The notes under the pieces were generated by a model. It was not told the DNA's origin and ran no database searches. It saw nothing but the letters and a program-made list of their open reading frames with translations. From an uncultured Verrucomicrobiae bacterium (GTDB lineage Bacteria; Chlamydiota; Chlamydiia; Chlamydiales; Rhabdochlamydiaceae), in contig OY970364.1 in the NCBI GenBank assembly GCA_963718565.1, positions 1,248,001 through 1,312,000 of the forward strand: a stretch of DNA of 64,000 nucleotides. Reading direction: 5' to 3'. The translations under genes were made by a program, and so were the position numbers. Positions 60,655 through 64,000 of this stretch are shown in pieces. Position 1 is the stretch's first letter; every line of letters begins with the position of its first letter.

Positions 60655-61988
60655 GTCACCCTCTTAGGGGGAATTGGCTGGGCATGAGGATCTTCCTTAG
60701 GATCGCTAAGTAATTCCGATAACTCTTTTTCTAGCTCAGGTGTAATAATATGCTCCATCTCTTCAGCACTTCGATGGACTTTTTCAGCTCCTTGGCCCAG
60801 GAAAACAAGATAGGCCTCCCATAATCGGTGCAGCCGAATGATGTGAGTGGCACGCACATTACCCTCTTTTGTCAAATGAAGAATCTGTTCGCTGCTTTCC
60901 TCAATCCAACCCTGGCGCTTTAGTCTCCATAAAAGAAGCCGCATCTGGAGAAAAGAAAGCGCCTGCCATTTCTTGATATCCGGCAATGATACATTTCCAT
61001 CCGATCCATGTCGCCAAAGATATTTCAGCAAGTTTTCCGCAATGCATTGCCTGCGGAAACGAAGAATCCGCAATAAACGGCTGACAAGTCCATTTTTAGG
61101 CGCAAACAAAAGAGAAAAAAGACAAAGGGTCGAAGCCGAGAGTAAAATCATTGGGCCTGTGGGTAAAGAAAATTTCCAATCCCAACCTTGTCGAGTCCCC
61201 CACTGCGGGATTTCCACAGATAAATAGTTGCCTAGAAACCCGCTGAAAGCGCCAATGGAAGCAGCAAATAAAAATACAGCCCACAACCGATGACTTAAAG
61301 ATCGTGCAGCTACAGCCGGAGCAATTAGCATACCGGCCATTAAGACAACTCCGACACTTCGAATGCCGATCACGATGGCAAGCACGAGAAGAACAAAGAG
61401 TAATTGATCGAGCATATGGATCGGAACTCCCACAGTCCTAGAAAAATCACGGTCGAAAACGACCATCTGGATCTGTCGGTATAGCAGGATCAATACAACG
61501 GCCAGCAGCAGGGCAAGAAGAGCATAAATCAGAACATGCACATCGGTCATGGTCGCGGCTTGCCCATACAAAAAAATTTGCACAGTCTTATACCACAAAG
61601 CATGGGTGAATTGGATTCGGCTTGCGACGAGAACGCCGACTCCAAAAAAAATAGAGAGGACAAAACACAACGCAGCATCATCTTTGACATGAAATCGACG
61701 TTCCATTTTTTCTATTACCCATAAACCCAGAAAAGATGTCAAAAATGCTCCGATTAAAATCGCAAGAGGCATTAAATCAGAGGAGAGTGGAAAAAAGACT
61801 GCCATAAACAGCACACTGAGGACAACACCCGGATAAGCCGCGTGGGAAAGAGATTCGCCGAGCAAGGAGCGTTTCCGCAAAAATACAATCACACCGACAA
61901 GAGCCGATGAAAGACACATCAACATACTCCCAATCGTGGGCGCCTGAAGGACGGGATCAGTAAAATATTGCCAAGGAGAAGAGAACAT
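60651..61988 (-). CDS. ytgC: Metal ABC permease YtgC fused to a DtxR-like repressor (YtgR)
   Basis: ESLSHAAYPG; C-terminal RLHRLWEAYL..AEEMEH..DPH..PIP. Confidence 0.9.
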   Translation of the reverse strand: MFSSPWQYFTDPVLQAPTIGSMLMCLSSALVGVIVFLRKRSLLGESLSHAAYPGVVLSVLFMAVFFPLSSDLMPLAILIGAFLTSFLGLWVIEKMERRFHVKDDAALCFVLSIFFGVGVLVASRIQFTHALWYKTVQIFLYGQAATMTDVHVLIYALLALLLAVVLILLYRQIQMVVFDRDFSRTVGVPIHMLDQLLFVLLVLAIVIGIRSVGVVLMAGMLIAPAVAARSLSHRLWAVFLFAASIGAFSGFLGNYLSVEIPQWGTRQGWDWKFSLPTGPMILLSASTLCLFSLLFAPKNGLVSRLLRILRFRRQCIAENLLKYLWRHGSDGNVSLPDIKKWQALSFLQMRLLLWRLKRQGWIEESSEQILHLTKEGNVRATHIIRLHRLWEAYLVFLGQGAEKVHRSAEEMEHIITPELEKELSELLSDPKEDPHAQPIPPKRVT

Positions 61989-61998
61989 GAATGATCGA

Positions 61999-62778
61999 TT
62001 ATTTAATTCCAGAGGTTTTGTTCTGGGTTAATTTAGCTGCTTCATCGAGCAGAGCGCTGCCGCGTCCATAAGTGCGCATCACACTATCCGTATTGAAGAC
62101 TTCAGAAACAGGACCGCACGCGATCAGACAGGTATTCAACATGATCACCCAATCAAAATAATTATCGACTGTTGTCAAATCATGATGCACGATAAGCAGT
62201 GTTTTTCCCTGAACTTTCCATTTATCCATAAGTGCAATCATTGCCTTTTCAGTCGCCATATCGACCCCGGCAAAAGGCTCGTCCATTAAATAGATATCGG
62301 CATCTTGCAAAAGTGCGCGTGCGATAAACAGCCGTTGCTGTTGTCCGCCAGACAGTTGGCTGATTTGCCTGTCGGCAAAAGCCAGCATTCCGACAATATC
62401 GAGTGCATGACGAGCAGCCTCTTTATCCGCTGCCTTTGGCCATTTGAGCAGTCCAAGTTTGCCATATCGGCCCATCAAAACCAGTTCAAAAGCTGTAATC
62501 GGAAAGTCCCAATCCACTGAAGAGCGTTGCGGGACATAGGCTACTTTATGGCGAACTTCCTTGTAAGGCTGCCCAAAAAATTCGATCCGACCTGAAAGGG
62601 GGCGAGTCATTCCCAGCAACGACTTTAACAAAGTGCTTTTTCCTGCTCCATTAGGACCAATGACGCCCACGAGTTTTCCTTCTGGAATTTTGCAATGGAC
62701 ATCCCAGAGGACAGGGGTCTTATCGTAGTTGACACTAAGCTGCTCAACAGTAATCGCTGGAACTTTTTCACGATGCAT
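61999..62778 (-). CDS. ytgB: Metal ABC ATPase YtgB/TroB
   Basis: GPNGAGKS, LSGGQQQR, MDEP, VHHD. Confidence 0.92.
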   Translation of the reverse strand: MHREKVPAITVEQLSVNYDKTPVLWDVHCKIPEGKLVGVIGPNGAGKSTLLKSLLGMTRPLSGRIEFFGQPYKEVRHKVAYVPQRSSVDWDFPITAFELVLMGRYGKLGLLKWPKAADKEAARHALDIVGMLAFADRQISQLSGGQQQRLFIARALLQDADIYLMDEPFAGVDMATEKAMIALMDKWKVQGKTLLIVHHDLTTVDNYFDWVIMLNTCLIACGPVSEVFNTDSVMRTYGRGSALLDEAAKLTQNKTSGIK

Positions 62779-62780
62779 AC

Positions 62781-63791
62781 TTATTTCCAAGCTTCGATGA
62801 GTACATGGGCATCGTGGCGAATCATCTTAAGGTAAGTATTGGCATCGCTATCCAACGGTCCCATAGCGTCACCATAAAGAGCCTCATTAGAAATGGTGAC
62901 TTTAAGTCCTTTTTGTGCGCAGGCGTGTACGACTTTTTTCAAAGAGTCACGGCTGATATTGGATTCTGGAAACACAATGGGAATGTGAAATTCGATCAGA
63001 TGATCAACGATCTTTTGAATATCCACAGCGCTAAGCTGTCCATCAGGGGCAAGACCTTCAGGGGCGTCGCAGCGTCGTTGCCACTGCTCACGAGCTGTCT
63101 CTTCTGAAAGAGCGAGGTAAGCTCGAGTAAAATAATTGAAGGCATCATGGCTGGTCACAAGAAAACGCTTTTCCCTGGGAATATTCTGGAAGTCTTCATA
63201 AATATTTCGATGTTCCTGCAACATTTTTTCCAAGAGTTGCTCTCCATTTGCCTGATAAAATTCTTTTCCAGAGGGATCTGCTTGAGAAAGGACTTCGACG
63301 ATCGGTTCAATAATGCGACCCCATAAAGAAATATCCATCCAGATATGAGGATCGATTTCTTTGTTAGAGCGTAAAATCAATTCAGGCTGCCTTTCCAAGA
63401 CGACATTCCCCACCCCACATGCATTGCGGTGATGTTCAATTTGATAACGCAGGCTAGCTCCATGTTCGAGTCCAAGTCCATTGTAAAAAATGATTGTCGC
63501 TAAAGACAGTTTTTCGTCATCGCCTTTGACTAGTTCATAGCTATGCGGATCAATTTCACCTGTAATCAAAGGGATATGATCAATCCTTTCTTTGCCGATT
63601 TGTCCAACAATGTCATCAATCATTGCTGTCGTCGAAAGCACTTTTAACCGCCCATTTTGCGTTGCCCATGCTTCTGTTTTAGAGGGAGTTATTGCGCTCG
63701 AGCACCCTGAGAGAAGAAGTGAGCTGAAGAAGCAAAGAAGAAATATACCGATGAAAACAAATTTTGAATCACTTTTCGATAGATGTTTCAT
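62781..63791 (-). CDS. ytgA: Metal-binding lipoprotein YtgA/TroA
   Basis: Lipobox LSGC; DPHSY, DPHIW, SHDAF. Confidence 0.92.
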   Translation of the reverse strand: MKHLSKSDSKFVFIGIFLLCFFSSLLLSGCSSAITPSKTEAWATQNGRLKVLSTTAMIDDIVGQIGKERIDHIPLITGEIDPHSYELVKGDDEKLSLATIIFYNGLGLEHGASLRYQIEHHRNACGVGNVVLERQPELILRSNKEIDPHIWMDISLWGRIIEPIVEVLSQADPSGKEFYQANGEQLLEKMLQEHRNIYEDFQNIPREKRFLVTSHDAFNYFTRAYLALSEETAREQWQRRCDAPEGLAPDGQLSAVDIQKIVDHLIEFHIPIVFPESNISRDSLKKVVHACAQKGLKVTISNEALYGDAMGPLDSDANTYLKMIRHDAHVLIEAWK

Positions 63792-64000
63792 AAAGCAGCC
63801 TTGCAATCTTCACAAATAGACTCTTAAAGACCACTCAATAGTAAACCAATGATCATTATTTATTCTACGATTACTCTGATGGTAATCATCTTATAATGTT
63901 TCTCACTGGGCTGACTCTAAACTTAAGTTTCGTTCATTAAAAAATTTGTTGAAAAATATATGAATAATTTTTAAAATCAAAAATACATTATTTTTAAGAT

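Noticed and set aside
60651..61988. Permease-repressor fusion as a novelty
   Set aside because: This is the known chlamydial YtgCR fusion.

Overview
The window looks like chromosome from an environmental member of the Chlamydiota (Rhabdochlamydia/Simkania-like). This is an inference from the fused pdhA/B, the UPF0158 gene, serS-VIT1-zntA, ytgABCD with the YtgC-DtxR fusion, hrcA-grpE-dnaK and three MOMP-like porins. Housekeeping blocks alternate with accessory segments. Those segments hold IS elements (an intact ISBst12-type IS66 with two derivatives, an IS701 interrupted by an 848-bp element, other relics), eukaryote-like effector candidates (NADAR-PTP fusion, PI-kinase-like protein, USP deubiquitinase) and at least four families of short palindromic elements. 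Three observations stand out. (1) Palindromic elements sit in frame inside proteins, like Rickettsia palindromic elements; one adds 82 codons inside the PTP catalytic domain. (2) The IS66 has a long hairpin at each end, and both it and its MITE are inserted into stems of other palindromic elements. (3) A two-gene module recurs: a small exported CPxGH Cys/His protein followed by a large 'Y-V-x-x-G-x-K-P' domain/FKBP fusion, with two copies plus a relic. All calls come from reading the sequence by eye; no database searches were run.
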